32,000 nt of DNA. Source: Zymomonas mobilis subsp. mobilis ATCC 10988. Lineage in GTDB: Bacteria; Pseudomonadota; Alphaproteobacteria; Sphingomonadales; Sphingomonadaceae. The stretch spans positions 270,001 to 302,000 of the forward strand of contig NC_017262.1 of NCBI RefSeq assembly GCF_000175255.2. The letters are read 5' to 3'. The notes under the pieces were generated by a model. It saw nothing but the letters and a program-made list of their open reading frames with translations. It searched no databases and was not told the DNA's origin. Positions within the stretch are counted from its first letter, which is position 1, and every line of letters starts with the position of its first letter. A program made the position numbers and the translations under genes. This document shows positions 9,032-19,097 of the stretch, piece after piece.

Positions 9032-11223
9032 TTCTTTACTGCCCCCTTCTCATTCTTAATCGCCGCTTTTTTGTTGATCCGTTTTTGGGGACGGTAACGC
9101 AGCAAACCAAAGATAATTTTAAGAATGTGTTTCATGGATGCGATGGTTGAAACAGGTTTTTCTTCAGGGCCATAATGCAGCCATGCATCGGCCTGACCCA
9201 TCAATGCCGCGACCAGCTTTTTCTGTTCTGGCATCGAGGCTGCTTCAAATTGCAGACGGACGAGAGAACCACTTTTACTCACGATTTTAGTCGGCAAGGC
9301 AAAAGACCGATTATCTACTTTCATAGAAATTTCGGAAATCTCCCTATCCGCTAATTCGTAATTTTTGGGTAAGGAAAAGGCTAACCCACCTAATGAGATA
9401 TTGTCTGTAACGCTATCAATGACATGTCCGTCTTCAAAATAGGCGGTAAAAGGAATACGGAACGGAAAACGAACTGTATTTCTGATCTGCCTACTTTCAT
9501 GGGCGACGGCAATAGATGCCAACAAGATAATAAAATTGAAACTTGCCCAAGTAACATTCAGCACCAAAACAGAGGGCTGAATATGAAAATAACTGGAATA
9601 AATAAGTTTTACGATCCCGACGATCAAACCGAAAAACAGAAAGCCTGCGGTAATAATATGAGGGCGAGCAGACTGAAAATCGAAATAATCGTCTTCCATC
9701 CTTTCACCCTTATCGGTGACGTTAAAGCTACCTTTTTTGGGGTTAAGAAAGGTAATGAGCGTCGGTTTTATCAAATGAAAAGCCAAAAGCGTTTCATTGA
9801 TTTCACCCCAGAAAGGTTGCCTTCGTCCATTACTTAATCTTTCATGCGCCCAAAGCGACATGAAAAGATGTGGAACAACATAAGCAAAAACCATTATAGC
9901 CGAAGCGTGAATAATACTGGAGTTAAACAGGATGAAAGCCAGAGGTGAAATCAGAAAGATAACCCGAGGCAAGGCGAATTGATAATGCAGCAACGCATTC
10001 ATATAGCAAAGCCGCTGGGCAATGGTGAGCCCCCGTCCCCATAACGGATTATCAATTCTTAAAATCTGGGTCATACCGCGCGCCCAACGAGCACGCTGCT
10101 TGATATGCGCCAAGAGCGTATCGGTTGCGAGCCCCGCGGAAAGCCTGATATTAATATAGGCGGTATCCCATCCACGCCTCTGAAGTTTCAGAGCAGTATG
10201 GGCATCTTCCGTCACCGTTTCTCCAGAAAAGCCGTCATTTTCTTCCAAGGCTTCGCGACGAAGAATAGCGCAAGAACCGCAAAAGAAGGTGGCATCCCAT
10301 AGATCATTACCGCGTTGCACCGTGCCATAAAACAGCTCGTTATCACCTGGTAATTCATCACCACCTGGGACGTTTCTTTGGATCGGATCAGGGGAATAGA
10401 AGAAATGCGGCGTTTGAACTAAAGCCAGATTAGGCTCTTTTTGTAACCACCCAACCGTTAACTGCAAAAAGGCCCTTGTTGGCACATGGTCACAGTCAAA
10501 AATGCAGACTAATTCACCCTTGGTCTTTTTCAAGGCCGCATTTAGGTTACCCGCCTTGGCATTCAGATTATCATTACGGGTTAAATAATGGCATCCCGCC
10601 TCTTCTGCAAAAAGGCGGAATTCTTCTCGATGACCATCATCCAACAGATAAACGTTAAAGCGGTCTTTTGGATAATCCATTCCCAAAGCCGCAAAAACGG
10701 TATTCTGAACGATTTCCATGCTTTCGTTATAAGTCGGAATAAAGACATCAACTGTAGGTAACTCTTCATCCTCGCCTGATAACGGGACAACAGGACGCTG
10801 CATCGGCCATAAAATCTGGAACAACCCCAATATAAGAATAGCCCATGCATAAAGCTCTGCCATAAACAGAACACCACCAAAAACGGCGTCCATGATGTGG
10901 TCAAAACGCAATGTTTGCGTAATGCGCCAAAAGATATATCGGGTCGAAGTCAGAATAGAGGAAAGACAGATAACAATAGAGGCAAAATGGCTTGGGCTGC
11001 GATCAATCAGCAGCGTCAATCCCATAAAGAAAATGCCATAGACCCATTGATAATAAAGCGGTAGCGGAACAGCAACCACCATAAGAGCAGCAACGGTAAT
11101 CAAGCAAAGCAATGGCCATTGCAGAGTGGAATCCCACAAATGCTCTAAAATATATTTAGCTTCAGAAAGCGTGTTTTTAATTTTTATACGGCTTTTATGA
11201 AGCATCGGCGGATACCTCCGCAT
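9028..11223 (-). CDS. bcsA: Cellulose synthase catalytic subunit (UDP-forming), GT2 with PilZ domain
   Basis: GT2 motifs VDVFIPTYNES, LLDDG, FDCDHVP, TEDAHTALKLQRRGW, QRARWARG; C-terminal PilZ motif RNTVR...DNISLGG; multiple transmembrane helices. Confidence 0.97.
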   Translation of the reverse strand: MRRYPPMLHKSRIKIKNTLSEAKYILEHLWDSTLQWPLLCLITVAALMVVAVPLPLYYQWVYGIFFMGLTLLIDRSPSHFASIVICLSSILTSTRYIFWRITQTLRFDHIMDAVFGGVLFMAELYAWAILILGLFQILWPMQRPVVPLSGEDEELPTVDVFIPTYNESMEIVQNTVFAALGMDYPKDRFNVYLLDDGHREEFRLFAEEAGCHYLTRNDNLNAKAGNLNAALKKTKGELVCIFDCDHVPTRAFLQLTVGWLQKEPNLALVQTPHFFYSPDPIQRNVPGGDELPGDNELFYGTVQRGNDLWDATFFCGSCAILRREALEENDGFSGETVTEDAHTALKLQRRGWDTAYINIRLSAGLATDTLLAHIKQRARWARGMTQILRIDNPLWGRGLTIAQRLCYMNALLHYQFALPRVIFLISPLAFILFNSSIIHASAIMVFAYVVPHLFMSLWAHERLSNGRRQPFWGEINETLLAFHLIKPTLITFLNPKKGSFNVTDKGERMEDDYFDFQSARPHIITAGFLFFGLIVGIVKLIYSSYFHIQPSVLVLNVTWASFNFIILLASIAVAHESRQIRNTVRFPFRIPFTAYFEDGHVIDSVTDNISLGGLAFSLPKNYELADREISEISMKVDNRSFALPTKIVSKSGSLVRLQFEAASMPEQKKLVAALMGQADAWLHYGPEEKPVSTIASMKHILKIIFGLLRYRPQKRINKKAAIKNEKGAVKK

Positions 11224-11815
11224 GACGCGAAATATTCATTTCTATCATTCTTAAAAGCTGATGGGCGCAGTTATCAAAATCTTTTAAGGCGACAGAGGTC
11301 GGCGCATAAAGATGTAAAGGCTGTAATTTTCCCAAGGCTTCATTTACCGCTTCATCCTGACGGATGATGCCGATTAAATTGTCTTGAACCATGTCCTGCA
11401 CAAATTGAGAAGCCGCACGAGGAAAATTATAGCGGTCATTTTCATTATTGATGATGTAGTAATGCTGCTTGTCAAAGGCTTCAGGAAACAGAGCCATACA
11501 TCCTGCATTGGGAGACAAAATGGAAATATGAAGAATGTTTTCTTGAGCTATGCTGGATTTAGGGATTTCCGTTCCTAGATCCGCAAGAGTAATCCCTGAA
11601 AAATCCTGCGAAGCCTGATATAATTCATCCATCGTTTCGACAGACAAAAAGGGGATTTCTTCTTCTTGTACGCCGATATGAAAGTTAAGGGATTGTTGGT
11701 GCGTTAAATCCGCAATAGCCACCTTCCGCTTAAGACGAAGGAGCGAGAGAGCGATATTAGCCGCAACAGTGGAAACGCCCACCCCCCCTTTGAAAGAATG
11801 AAACAGCACCAACAT
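11195..11815 (-). CDS. bcsQ: BcsQ-like (YhjQ) MinD/ParA-family NTPase associated with cellulose synthesis
   Basis: MLVLFHSFKGGVGVSTVAANIALSLLRLKRKVAIADL; C-terminal region (IIRQDEAVNEALGKLQPLHLYAPTSVALKDF) resembles E. coli BcsQ (LIHRDEAMAECLAAKQPVGEYRSDALAAEE, recalled); immediately upstream of bcsA. Confidence 0.88.
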   Translation of the reverse strand: MLVLFHSFKGGVGVSTVAANIALSLLRLKRKVAIADLTHQQSLNFHIGVQEEEIPFLSVETMDELYQASQDFSGITLADLGTEIPKSSIAQENILHISILSPNAGCMALFPEAFDKQHYYIINNENDRYNFPRAASQFVQDMVQDNLIGIIRQDEAVNEALGKLQPLHLYAPTSVALKDFDNCAHQLLRMIEMNISRHAEVSADAS

Positions 11816-11867
11816 AAAAAAACTTTCTTAAAAGAAATGTAGCTTTTTAAGGCTAACTTAATAATAT

Positions 11868-12053
11868 TTACTTCAAATTTTTGACGTTTTGCTTGTTTTT
11901 CCAAGCAATATAGTCCGCAGCTTTTTCCAAAAGAGGCCAATTATGCCATTCTACAGGGTTGCGGTTATCGTAGGTACGATAAGAAAAGTCAGGCTGGCTG
12001 ATATCTTTTAGAAGATTGTTAACGTCCTGCGGTATAATATTTTCCTTAGACAT
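11868..12053 (-). CDS. bcsR: Small BcsR-like protein
   Basis: 61 aa; DISQPDFSYRTYDNRNPVEWHNWPLLEKAADYI resembles E. coli BcsR (AFSLPDIDYADISQREQLAAALKRWPLLAEFA, recalled). First gene before bcsQ, as in enterobacterial bcsRQAB. Confidence 0.72.
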   Translation of the reverse strand: MSKENIIPQDVNNLLKDISQPDFSYRTYDNRNPVEWHNWPLLEKAADYIAWKNKQNVKNLK

Positions 12054-12132
12054 AAAGTCTTCCTTAAAATTTTACCGCTACAGATTTTATAATAGGTTTA
12101 GACAAGAAAAGTAAAATATAAGTTAATAAAAA

Positions 12133-12163
12133 AATAAGGGCACCGAAAAACGATGCCCTTATT
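12133..12163 (-). terminator. Rho-independent terminator of the rpsP-rimM-trmD-rplS transcript
   Basis: Plus-strand aataagggcaccg-aaaaa-cgatgcccttatt: 13-bp stem with one wobble/mismatch, 5-nt loop, followed on the minus strand by a T-rich tract; lies between rplS stop and bcsR start. Confidence 0.85.
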
Positions 12164-12195
12164 TATAAAAAAACTTTAAAAGTTTTTAGTCAAAA

Positions 12196-12570
12196 TTATT
12201 TGCTGGGGCGAACATCGCGACGTTCTGCGATACGAGCAGCCTTACCTCTGCGGCCACGCAGATAGTAAAGTTTAGCGCGACGAACGACACCACGGCGAAC
12301 AACTTCGATGGAATCAACATTCGGTGAATAAAGCGGGAAAACGCGTTCAACACCTTCACCGAAGGAAATTTTCCGAACCGTGAAAGAAGAACCAATAGCT
12401 TTATTGGAACGGGCGATGCAGACACCTTCATAGAACTGAATACGGATGCGTTCGCCTTCAACAACGCGCACACCAACTTTTAAAGTATCACCAGCCCGAA
12501 AGTCAGGAATAGACTTCTGTTCTTGTAATTTGGCGATCTGTTCGGCTTCAAGAGTCTGAATAAGATTCAT
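12196..12570 (-). CDS. rplS: 50S ribosomal protein L19
   Basis: 124 aa; [62 protein letters not shown]. Confidence 0.98.
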   Translation of the reverse strand: MNLIQTLEAEQIAKLQEQKSIPDFRAGDTLKVGVRVVEGERIRIQFYEGVCIARSNKAIGSSFTVRKISFGEGVERVFPLYSPNVDSIEVVRRGVVRRAKLYYLRGRRGKAARIAERRDVRPSK

Positions 12571-13316
12571 TTTTCATTCCTGTCTTTTTTGTTACGCGCC
12601 AGAGGGCGACTAGCCTGAACGCTCCTATAGCGTTCCCAAAGATCCGGCCGCCTTAACCTTGTATCGCGCTCTGCCATAGCTTGCCGCCATGCCTTGATAT
12701 GCGCGTGATTCCCAGATCGTAACACTTCGGGAATCGATAACCCTTCCCATTCAACTGGACGGGTATATTGGGGATATTCCAGCAAGCCTGTTTCAAAGCT
12801 TTCGTCTTCCCCACTTGTGATTTTGCCCATTACGCCAGGTATCAGTCGGATGCAAGCATCTAACAGGGTCAACGCTGCCATTTCGCCGCCTGACAGGATA
12901 TAATCTCCAATAGAAACCGGCTCGATAGCTCTTTTTTCAAAAAGCCGTTCATCCATTCCTTCAAAGCGACCACAAATAATAATAGCGCCCGCCCCTTCAG
13001 ATAATTGTCTGACTTTTGATTGCGTCAACGGATAACCCCGTGGGGTCATTGCTAAAATCGGTAAATCAGGATGCTTTTCACAGCTATGATCCAAAGCCCG
13101 TGCCAGAATATCGGCTCGCATCACCATACCGGCACCACCACCCGAAGGCGTATCATCGACCGTATGATGGCGATCATTTGCAAAATCGCGGATAGCCACC
13201 GTTTCCAGTGACCAGATATTATTCTCCAAAGCACGGCCTGCAAGGCTATGCCCTAAAGGCCCCGGAAACATTTCTGGATAAAGGGTAAGAATCGACGCAG
13301 AAAAAGGCTTGTTCAT
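12567..13316 (-). CDS. trmD: tRNA (guanine-N1)-methyltransferase
   Basis: 249 aa; [67 protein letters not shown]. Confidence 0.98.
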   Translation of the reverse strand: MNKPFSASILTLYPEMFPGPLGHSLAGRALENNIWSLETVAIRDFANDRHHTVDDTPSGGGAGMVMRADILARALDHSCEKHPDLPILAMTPRGYPLTQSKVRQLSEGAGAIIICGRFEGMDERLFEKRAIEPVSIGDYILSGGEMAALTLLDACIRLIPGVMGKITSGEDESFETGLLEYPQYTRPVEWEGLSIPEVLRSGNHAHIKAWRQAMAERDTRLRRPDLWERYRSVQASRPLARNKKDRNEK

Positions 13317-13804
13317 TCGATAAAATCGGCTGCAATAACGAGATGGTCATCATGGACATCAACCGCTTGGGCGATAGGCACCATAAAACGCTTTTCGTCC
13401 GCTTTTTCAATTTCAAGAATATCGCCTGCGCCATAATTTTCGACCGCGACAGAAACGCCAATAGATTGGCCTGACGAGTCAACACAAGGCAAACCGATTA
13501 AATCGATATAGTAATATTCATCCGCCGGTAAATCAGGCAGAGCTTTTCTTGGAACCGTCAAAGCGGTGCCACGCAAGGCCTCTGCCTGATTACGATCGGT
13601 TATTTCTGAAAAACGGGCAACCCACCCTTTGGGATCAGGCCGCAATTTTTTCAGAGTCAAAGGCGTGCCATTTGCACTAAAAATGCCATAGGCCTTAAAT
13701 TGTGCCGCATCTTCGGTGAAAGGCTTTAGCCGCACCTCTCCTGTTATACCATGCGCCCCCGTAACAACGGCGAGGGTAATCAGGCGATCGGGTGCGGCAA
13801 CCAT
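13313..13804 (-). CDS. rimM: Ribosome maturation factor RimM
   Basis: 163 aa; [38 protein letters not shown]; gene context rpsP-rimM-trmD-rplS. Confidence 0.96.
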   Translation of the reverse strand: MVAAPDRLITLAVVTGAHGITGEVRLKPFTEDAAQFKAYGIFSANGTPLTLKKLRPDPKGWVARFSEITDRNQAEALRGTALTVPRKALPDLPADEYYYIDLIGLPCVDSSGQSIGVSVAVENYGAGDILEIEKADEKRFMVPIAQAVDVHDDHLVIAADFIE

Positions 13805-13807
13805 GAC

Positions 13808-14239
13808 TTAAGCTTCTTCAGAGTTAGAAGCGGCTTCTTCGGCAGGAGCCTGTTCTTCAGCAGCCGGTGCTTCGGCAGCAGCCTTAGCAGCTTCAGCGGC
13901 ATCAGCAGCCTTCTGGGCGCGTTCTTCAGCGCGTTCTTTAGCTTTTTCACCCGGAACAGCTTTGTTCGGGTTATTGCGTGCTTTGCGTTCCAGAAGACCA
14001 GCGGCATCGAGGAAGCGAGCAACACGATCAGTCGGCTGTGCGCCAACGGACAACCAATGACGAGCGCGATCGAGATCAACGATTACGCGGTTTTCATTGT
14101 CTTTCGGAAGCTGCGGATTGTAGCTGCCGATTTTCTCGATGAAAGAACCATCGCGCGGGCTGCGGGAATTCGCAATAACGATACGATAAAACGGACGGCG
14201 TTTTGCACCACCACGAGAGAGACGAATTGAAACGGCCAT
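13808..14239 (-). CDS. rpsP: 30S ribosomal protein S16, with Ala/Glu-rich C-terminal extension
   Basis: [42 protein letters not shown]; 143 aa, last ~55 aa are AAEAAK/EEAP-rich. Confidence 0.97.
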
Positions 14240-14269
14240 TAAATTTTCCTTTCACCAAATAAAAATCAA

Positions 14270-15700
14270 TTATTTACGACCGAAGCCGCCAAAACCCGGG
14301 GGAAGCCCCGGCATACCACCACCGGGGGGCATCATCGGTGGCATACCACCATCAGCCCCCCCGCCCAGCATTTTCATTAAACCTTTGATACCGCCTAATT
14401 TTTTGAGGCGCTTCATTGCCGAAGACATTTCCTGATGCATTTTCAGCAAACGGTTGATTTCTTGAACCGTCGTGCCTGAACCTTTTGCAATCCGGATTTT
14501 TCTTTTGGCGTTGATCAATTCAGGCCGGATGCGTTCTTTCGGGGTCATGGAATCAATCATCGCTTCCATTTTAACGAGGATACGATCATCAACCTGACCA
14601 TTGGCCATAGCATTTTTGATCTGCTTGACCCCGGGAAGCATAGACGCCAAAGCCCCCATACCCCCCATGCGCCGCATTTGGCTGAATTGTTTTTTCAGGT
14701 CATTAAAATCGAAACGCCCCTTGGCCATTTTGGCAGCCAAGGCTTCTGCGTCTTCTTTCTCGATCGTTTCGCTTGCTTTTTCAACAAGGGAGATAATATC
14801 ACCCATGCCCAAAATGCGGTTTGCAACACGATCAGGATGAAAAGGCGAAAGACCATCGAGCTTTTCGCTGGTGCCGACAAATTTGATCGGCTTTCCGGTA
14901 ACCGCCCGCATCGAAAGGGCAGCACCCCCACGGGCATCGCCATCCATACGGGTTAAAATGACACCAGTCAGATCAACCTGTTCGGAAAAGCTTCTTGCGA
15001 TATTGACGGCATCTTGCCCGGCCAAGGCATCAACAACCAGCAAAGTCTCTGCTGGCTGGCTGCTATCGGCCACGGCCTTCATTTCATCCATCAACAACTG
15101 GTCAATATGAAGACGACCAGCCGTATCGAGAATAACGACATCATAGCCTTGCAAGCGAGCAGACGTCAGCGCGCGCTGGGCGATTTCAACCGGTTGTTGA
15201 CCAGCAATAATCGGTAAGGTTGGAACATCAGCCTGCTGCCCTAAGGTAGCCAACTGTTCTTGCGCCGCCGGACGATGGACATCCAAAGAAGCCATTAAAA
15301 CCTTTTTATGGTCTTTTTCTTTCAGCTTCTTACCGAGTTTGGCAGAGGTCGTTGTTTTACCTGATCCCTGCAAACCGACCATCAAAATAACGGCGGGCGG
15401 GTTGACGGCCAGATTAAGATCGCTGGTATCAGAACCCAGCATCTCAACCAGCGCATCATAGACAATCTTGACGACTTGCTGTCCGGGCGTCACCGATTTT
15501 AAAACATTATGGCCAATCGCTTTTTCGGTAATTTTGCTCACAAAATCCCGAACAACAGGCAGGGCAACATCCGCTTCCAAAAGGGCAATGCGAACTTCGC
15601 GCATAGCTTGCCGGACATCATCCTCGGTCAGGGCGCCACGGCCACGCAGCCGATCAAAGACACCGCTTAAACGCTCGCTTAGACTGCCGAACATCGCCAT
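14270..15700 (-). CDS. ffh: Signal recognition particle protein (GTPase plus Met-rich M domain)
   Basis: 476 aa; GLQGSGKTTTSAKL, LDTAGRLHID, VGTSEKLDGLSPFHPDRVANRILGMGD, M domain MRRMGGMGALASMLPG and GGMPPMMPPGGGMPGLPPGFGGFGRK tail. Confidence 0.98.
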   Translation of the reverse strand: MAMFGSLSERLSGVFDRLRGRGALTEDDVRQAMREVRIALLEADVALPVVRDFVSKITEKAIGHNVLKSVTPGQQVVKIVYDALVEMLGSDTSDLNLAVNPPAVILMVGLQGSGKTTTSAKLGKKLKEKDHKKVLMASLDVHRPAAQEQLATLGQQADVPTLPIIAGQQPVEIAQRALTSARLQGYDVVILDTAGRLHIDQLLMDEMKAVADSSQPAETLLVVDALAGQDAVNIARSFSEQVDLTGVILTRMDGDARGGAALSMRAVTGKPIKFVGTSEKLDGLSPFHPDRVANRILGMGDIISLVEKASETIEKEDAEALAAKMAKGRFDFNDLKKQFSQMRRMGGMGALASMLPGVKQIKNAMANGQVDDRILVKMEAMIDSMTPKERIRPELINAKRKIRIAKGSGTTVQEINRLLKMHQEMSSAMKRLKKLGGIKGLMKMLGGGADGGMPPMMPPGGGMPGLPPGFGGFGRK

Positions 15701-16053
15701 CCCTTCCTGATGTTATGCCATGACCTAAAAAGTCAGGGCAAAGCTAAAAGACCAAAATTTATCGCAACCTTAAAAACGCAAAATACGCCGGTGGGCGAAA
15801 ATTCGCTGACCAGCGTGCGGTATTAAGACCTGATATAAAATTTTTACCCTTCTAGGCTTATATGATGCCCTTTGCAAGATTATAATGAACAATTCTTACA
15901 ACCTAAAAGCTTCGGGTAAAATCATAGGCAGAATCCCTGTCAATAAGGATGCCACAGGCTTAAAATCCAGCTAACAGGGCGAAACACACGCGAATAATTG
16001 AAAAAAACGGTCGGTGAATTCCCCCGAAAAGAAAAATCCGCTAGAGGGACGAT

Positions 16054-16863
16054 ATGACTTTCTCTTTCCATAAAATGCATGGGCTTGGTAACGATTTTAT
16101 TGTTCTTGATGCCCGAAAAAATCCTATCCAAATGAATCCGGCGTTAGCGCAGGCTTTAAGCAATCGTCATACCGGCATCGGCTGTGACCAGCTTATCATT
16201 ATTGGTAATGGCAAAAATCAGGCCGATGTTTCGATGGAAATATGGAATGCAGATGGTTCCGAAGTCGAAGCCTGCGGTAATGCCACCCGTTGTGTCCCTG
16301 TTTTCTTAGGACGGGATGTCATTATCAGCACCGCCGCCGGTCTACTGGATGCTCGTCTTTCTGATGAAGGTGCTTGCGTTGATATGGGTAGACCCCGCCT
16401 GTCATGGGATGAAATACCCCTCGCCTATGCGATGGATACGCTTTCTATGCCGGTTGCATGGGAAGATTTGAAAGAACCGACGGCTGTCAATATGGGCAAT
16501 CCTCATGTTGTTTTTGTCGTCGATGATGTTGATGCCGTCGATTTCGGAAGATTAGGCAACATAATCGAGCATGACCAGCTTTTCCCTGAGAGGATTAACG
16601 TCAATATCGTCATGGTTACGGGCAAAAATCACCTTAAAATGAGAACTTGGGAACGGGGTGCCGGATTAACCCGTGCTTGTGGCACGGGAGCTTGTGCGAC
16701 CTTCGTTGCGGCCAAAAGGCGGCGGCTGATTTCTGGCAAAACGCAAATAGATCTTCCCGGAGGAAGACTTGTCTTGGACGAGAATAGCGAAGGCCATATC
16801 ATTATGCGGGGGCCCGCGACCTATGTATTTAAAGGCGAAGCGGATTGGGCAAGTTTTTCATGA
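16054..16863 (+). CDS. dapF: Diaminopimelate epimerase
   Basis: 269 aa; FHKMHGLGNDFIVLD, NADGSEVEACGNATRC, ERGAGLTRACGTGACA: both catalytic cysteine motifs. Confidence 0.97.
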   Translation: MTFSFHKMHGLGNDFIVLDARKNPIQMNPALAQALSNRHTGIGCDQLIIIGNGKNQADVSMEIWNADGSEVEACGNATRCVPVFLGRDVIISTAAGLLDARLSDEGACVDMGRPRLSWDEIPLAYAMDTLSMPVAWEDLKEPTAVNMGNPHVVFVVDDVDAVDFGRLGNIIEHDQLFPERINVNIVMVTGKNHLKMRTWERGAGLTRACGTGACATFVAAKRRRLISGKTQIDLPGGRLVLDENSEGHIIMRGPATYVFKGEADWASFS

Positions 16864-18119
16864 GTTCACCGGATATCATTACATTAGGTTGTCGTCTCAA
16901 TATCGCTGAAAGTGAAGCCATCAAACAGGCTTTGACTGATAAAGACGGCAGTCAGGATTTAATCGTTGTTAATAGCTGCGCTGTGACATCCCGTGCGGTA
17001 GCACAAACGCGTCAGGCTATCAGAAAAGCTAGTCGAGAGAGACCAAACGCCCGTATCGTTGTTACAGGCTGCGCTGCCCAGATCGATCCGAAAATTTTCG
17101 CCGATATGCCCGAAGTTTCGCGCGTTATCGGTAATGTCGAAAAGCATCAGGCAGAATCCTTTGCTTTTTCAGGGAGTGATGAAGAAGCGCGGATACAGGT
17201 CACGGATATCAATAGCCTAAAAGAAACAACGCCCCATCTGATCGCGGCTTTCAGTGAACATAGTCGGGCTTTTCTTGAAATTCAGAATGGCTGCAATCAC
17301 CATTGTAGCTTTTGCATTATTCCACAAGGGCGGGGTCGCAACCGTTCAGCCTCTTTTGATGATATTCTTGATTGCGCCCGCAAACTTATCAATAACGGGC
17401 ATCAGGAATTAGTTCTGACGGGTGTCGATCTGACTTCCTATGGTCAAGATTTAACTAGCCCCAGTAATCTCGGTGAATTAGTCGCTTTTCTTCTGAAAAA
17501 GCTCAAAAATCTGAAAAGACTTCGGCTTTCTTCGCTTGACCCTGACGGTATTGATCCCTTGCTGATGGCACTCATTACCGAAGATGAACGCATCATGCCG
17601 CATATTCATCTGTCCTTGCAGGCCGGCGATAATACTATTCTGAAAAGAATGCGGCGGCGGCATAGTCGGGAACAAGCGATTGAGCTAGTAGCCAGTTTGA
17701 AAAAACGCCGTCCAGAAATCGCTATTGGTGCCGATATCATTGCGGGTTTCCCAACCGAAGACGAGGAAATGGCAGCCAATAGTCTGCGAATGATAGATGA
17801 ATGTGATATCGTTTTCGGGCATATTTTCCCTTACTCCCCTCGCCAAGGTACACCTGCGGCCAAAATGCCCCAAGTCCATACGCCTTTGATTAAAGAGCGC
17901 GCTCAAAAATTAAGGGAAGCGGCTAATCGACGACAAGCGGAATGGTTAAAAACATTGGTGGGTAGTCGGCAATCTGTCCTGTTGGAAGGTGAAGGCGGAC
18001 GTGGACATACACCCCAATTTGCGCCTATCCGCCTAAGCGAAGCGGTCGAAGCAAGCGGCATTGTCGATATTATGGTGACCGGCACAGATAAAGATGGCCT
18101 GATTGGGAAGAAATTATGA
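16860..18119 (+). CDS. mtaB: MiaB-like tRNA N6-threonylcarbamoyladenosine methylthiotransferase (radical SAM)
   Basis: ITLGCRLNIAESE, VVNSCAVTSRAV, VTGCAAQ, radical SAM CNHHCSFCIIPQGRGRNRS. Start ATG at 16860 overlapping the dapF stop is preferred over the 16845 start in the track. Confidence 0.92.
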   Translation: MSSPDIITLGCRLNIAESEAIKQALTDKDGSQDLIVVNSCAVTSRAVAQTRQAIRKASRERPNARIVVTGCAAQIDPKIFADMPEVSRVIGNVEKHQAESFAFSGSDEEARIQVTDINSLKETTPHLIAAFSEHSRAFLEIQNGCNHHCSFCIIPQGRGRNRSASFDDILDCARKLINNGHQELVLTGVDLTSYGQDLTSPSNLGELVAFLLKKLKNLKRLRLSSLDPDGIDPLLMALITEDERIMPHIHLSLQAGDNTILKRMRRRHSREQAIELVASLKKRRPEIAIGADIIAGFPTEDEEMAANSLRMIDECDIVFGHIFPYSPRQGTPAAKMPQVHTPLIKERAQKLREAANRRQAEWLKTLVGSRQSVLLEGEGGRGHTPQFAPIRLSEAVEASGIVDIMVTGTDKDGLIGKKL

Positions 18120-19048
18120 GTGAAGAAACACCTTGGTATAAAAAAATCGGTTTTGGTCTCAAACGGACATCTGAACGGTTAACAGAAAATCTGTCATCCA
18201 TTGCGTTAAAAGCGGCCTTGGATGACGAAACGCTTGATGAAATCGAAGAAACCCTGATCGCCTGTGACTTAGGCCCTGGTACCGCAGGTCGTATTCGTGA
18301 ACGTCTGGCAGGCGAACGCTTTCCGCAAGGCGTGACGGAACTCGAAGTTCGCGAAGTCGTCGCGCAGGAAATCGCCAAAATTTTGAAGCCTGTTGCTAAA
18401 CCCATCGAAATTGATGCTTTCCCAAGACCGCAAGTCATTCTGGTCATTGGTGTCAATGGTTCAGGAAAAACAACGACTATCGCCAAATTGGCACATTGGT
18501 TTCAGGAACTCGATTACGAGGTCATGCTTGTCGCTGGTGATACTTTCAGAGCCGCCGCGATCGGACAATTAAAAGTTTGGGCGGAAAGACTAGAAATCCC
18601 GATCATCAGCGGGGCTGAAGGTGCCGATGCGGCCAGCCTTGTTTTCCAAGGGGTTAAAGAAGGCACAGCTCAAGGTACGGATACCTTAATTGTGGATACT
18701 GCAGGCCGCCTTCAGAATAAAAGCGGCTTGATGGATGAATTGGCTAAAATCAAAAAGGTTTTAGGACGACTTAATCCGGCCGCCCCGCATAATGTTATTC
18801 TGGTACTGGATGCCACCAATGGTCAAAACGCGCTTTCCCAGATCGAAGTTTTCAAAGAAATCGCGGGTGTCTCTGGCCTTATCATGACCAAGCTCGATGG
18901 CACAGCACGGGGCGGTATCATGGTGGCGGCGGCTGAAAAATACGGTTTGCCTATCCACGCGATCGGGGTTGGTGAAAGCATGGATGATTTACGTCCCTTC
19001 GATCCAGAAGCGGTTGCCCGTGCGATTGTCGGTTTACCGCATCAATAA
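18116..19048 (+). CDS. ftsY: Signal recognition particle receptor FtsY (short form)
   Basis: 310 aa; VNGSGKTTTIAKLAHWF, AGDTFRAAAIGQLKVWAERL, VDTAGRLQNKSGLMDEL, TKLDGTARGG, IGVGESMDDLRPFDP; stop/start overlap with mtaB. Confidence 0.97.
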   Translation: MSEETPWYKKIGFGLKRTSERLTENLSSIALKAALDDETLDEIEETLIACDLGPGTAGRIRERLAGERFPQGVTELEVREVVAQEIAKILKPVAKPIEIDAFPRPQVILVIGVNGSGKTTTIAKLAHWFQELDYEVMLVAGDTFRAAAIGQLKVWAERLEIPIISGAEGADAASLVFQGVKEGTAQGTDTLIVDTAGRLQNKSGLMDELAKIKKVLGRLNPAAPHNVILVLDATNGQNALSQIEVFKEIAGVSGLIMTKLDGTARGGIMVAAAEKYGLPIHAIGVGESMDDLRPFDPEAVARAIVGLPHQ

Positions 19049-19097
19049 CCTCTTTTTCGCGATTAAAGGCCGCTGTCTAAGAATAATCCTCGACATT

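Noticed and set aside
11195-11815. Plasmid or chromosome partition gene (ParA)
   Set aside because: MinD/ParA fold, but no parB or parS, lacks the P-loop lysine, and sits inside the bcs operon with BcsQ-like C-terminal similarity.
11704-11940. 78-aa minus-strand ORF overlapping bcsR and bcsQ
   Set aside because: Overlaps two better-supported genes in other frames, composition not protein-like.
13751-14230. 159-aa plus-strand ORF opposite rpsP
   Set aside because: Ser/Phe-rich sequence is the expected antisense product of the Ala/Glu/Lys-rich S16 tail.
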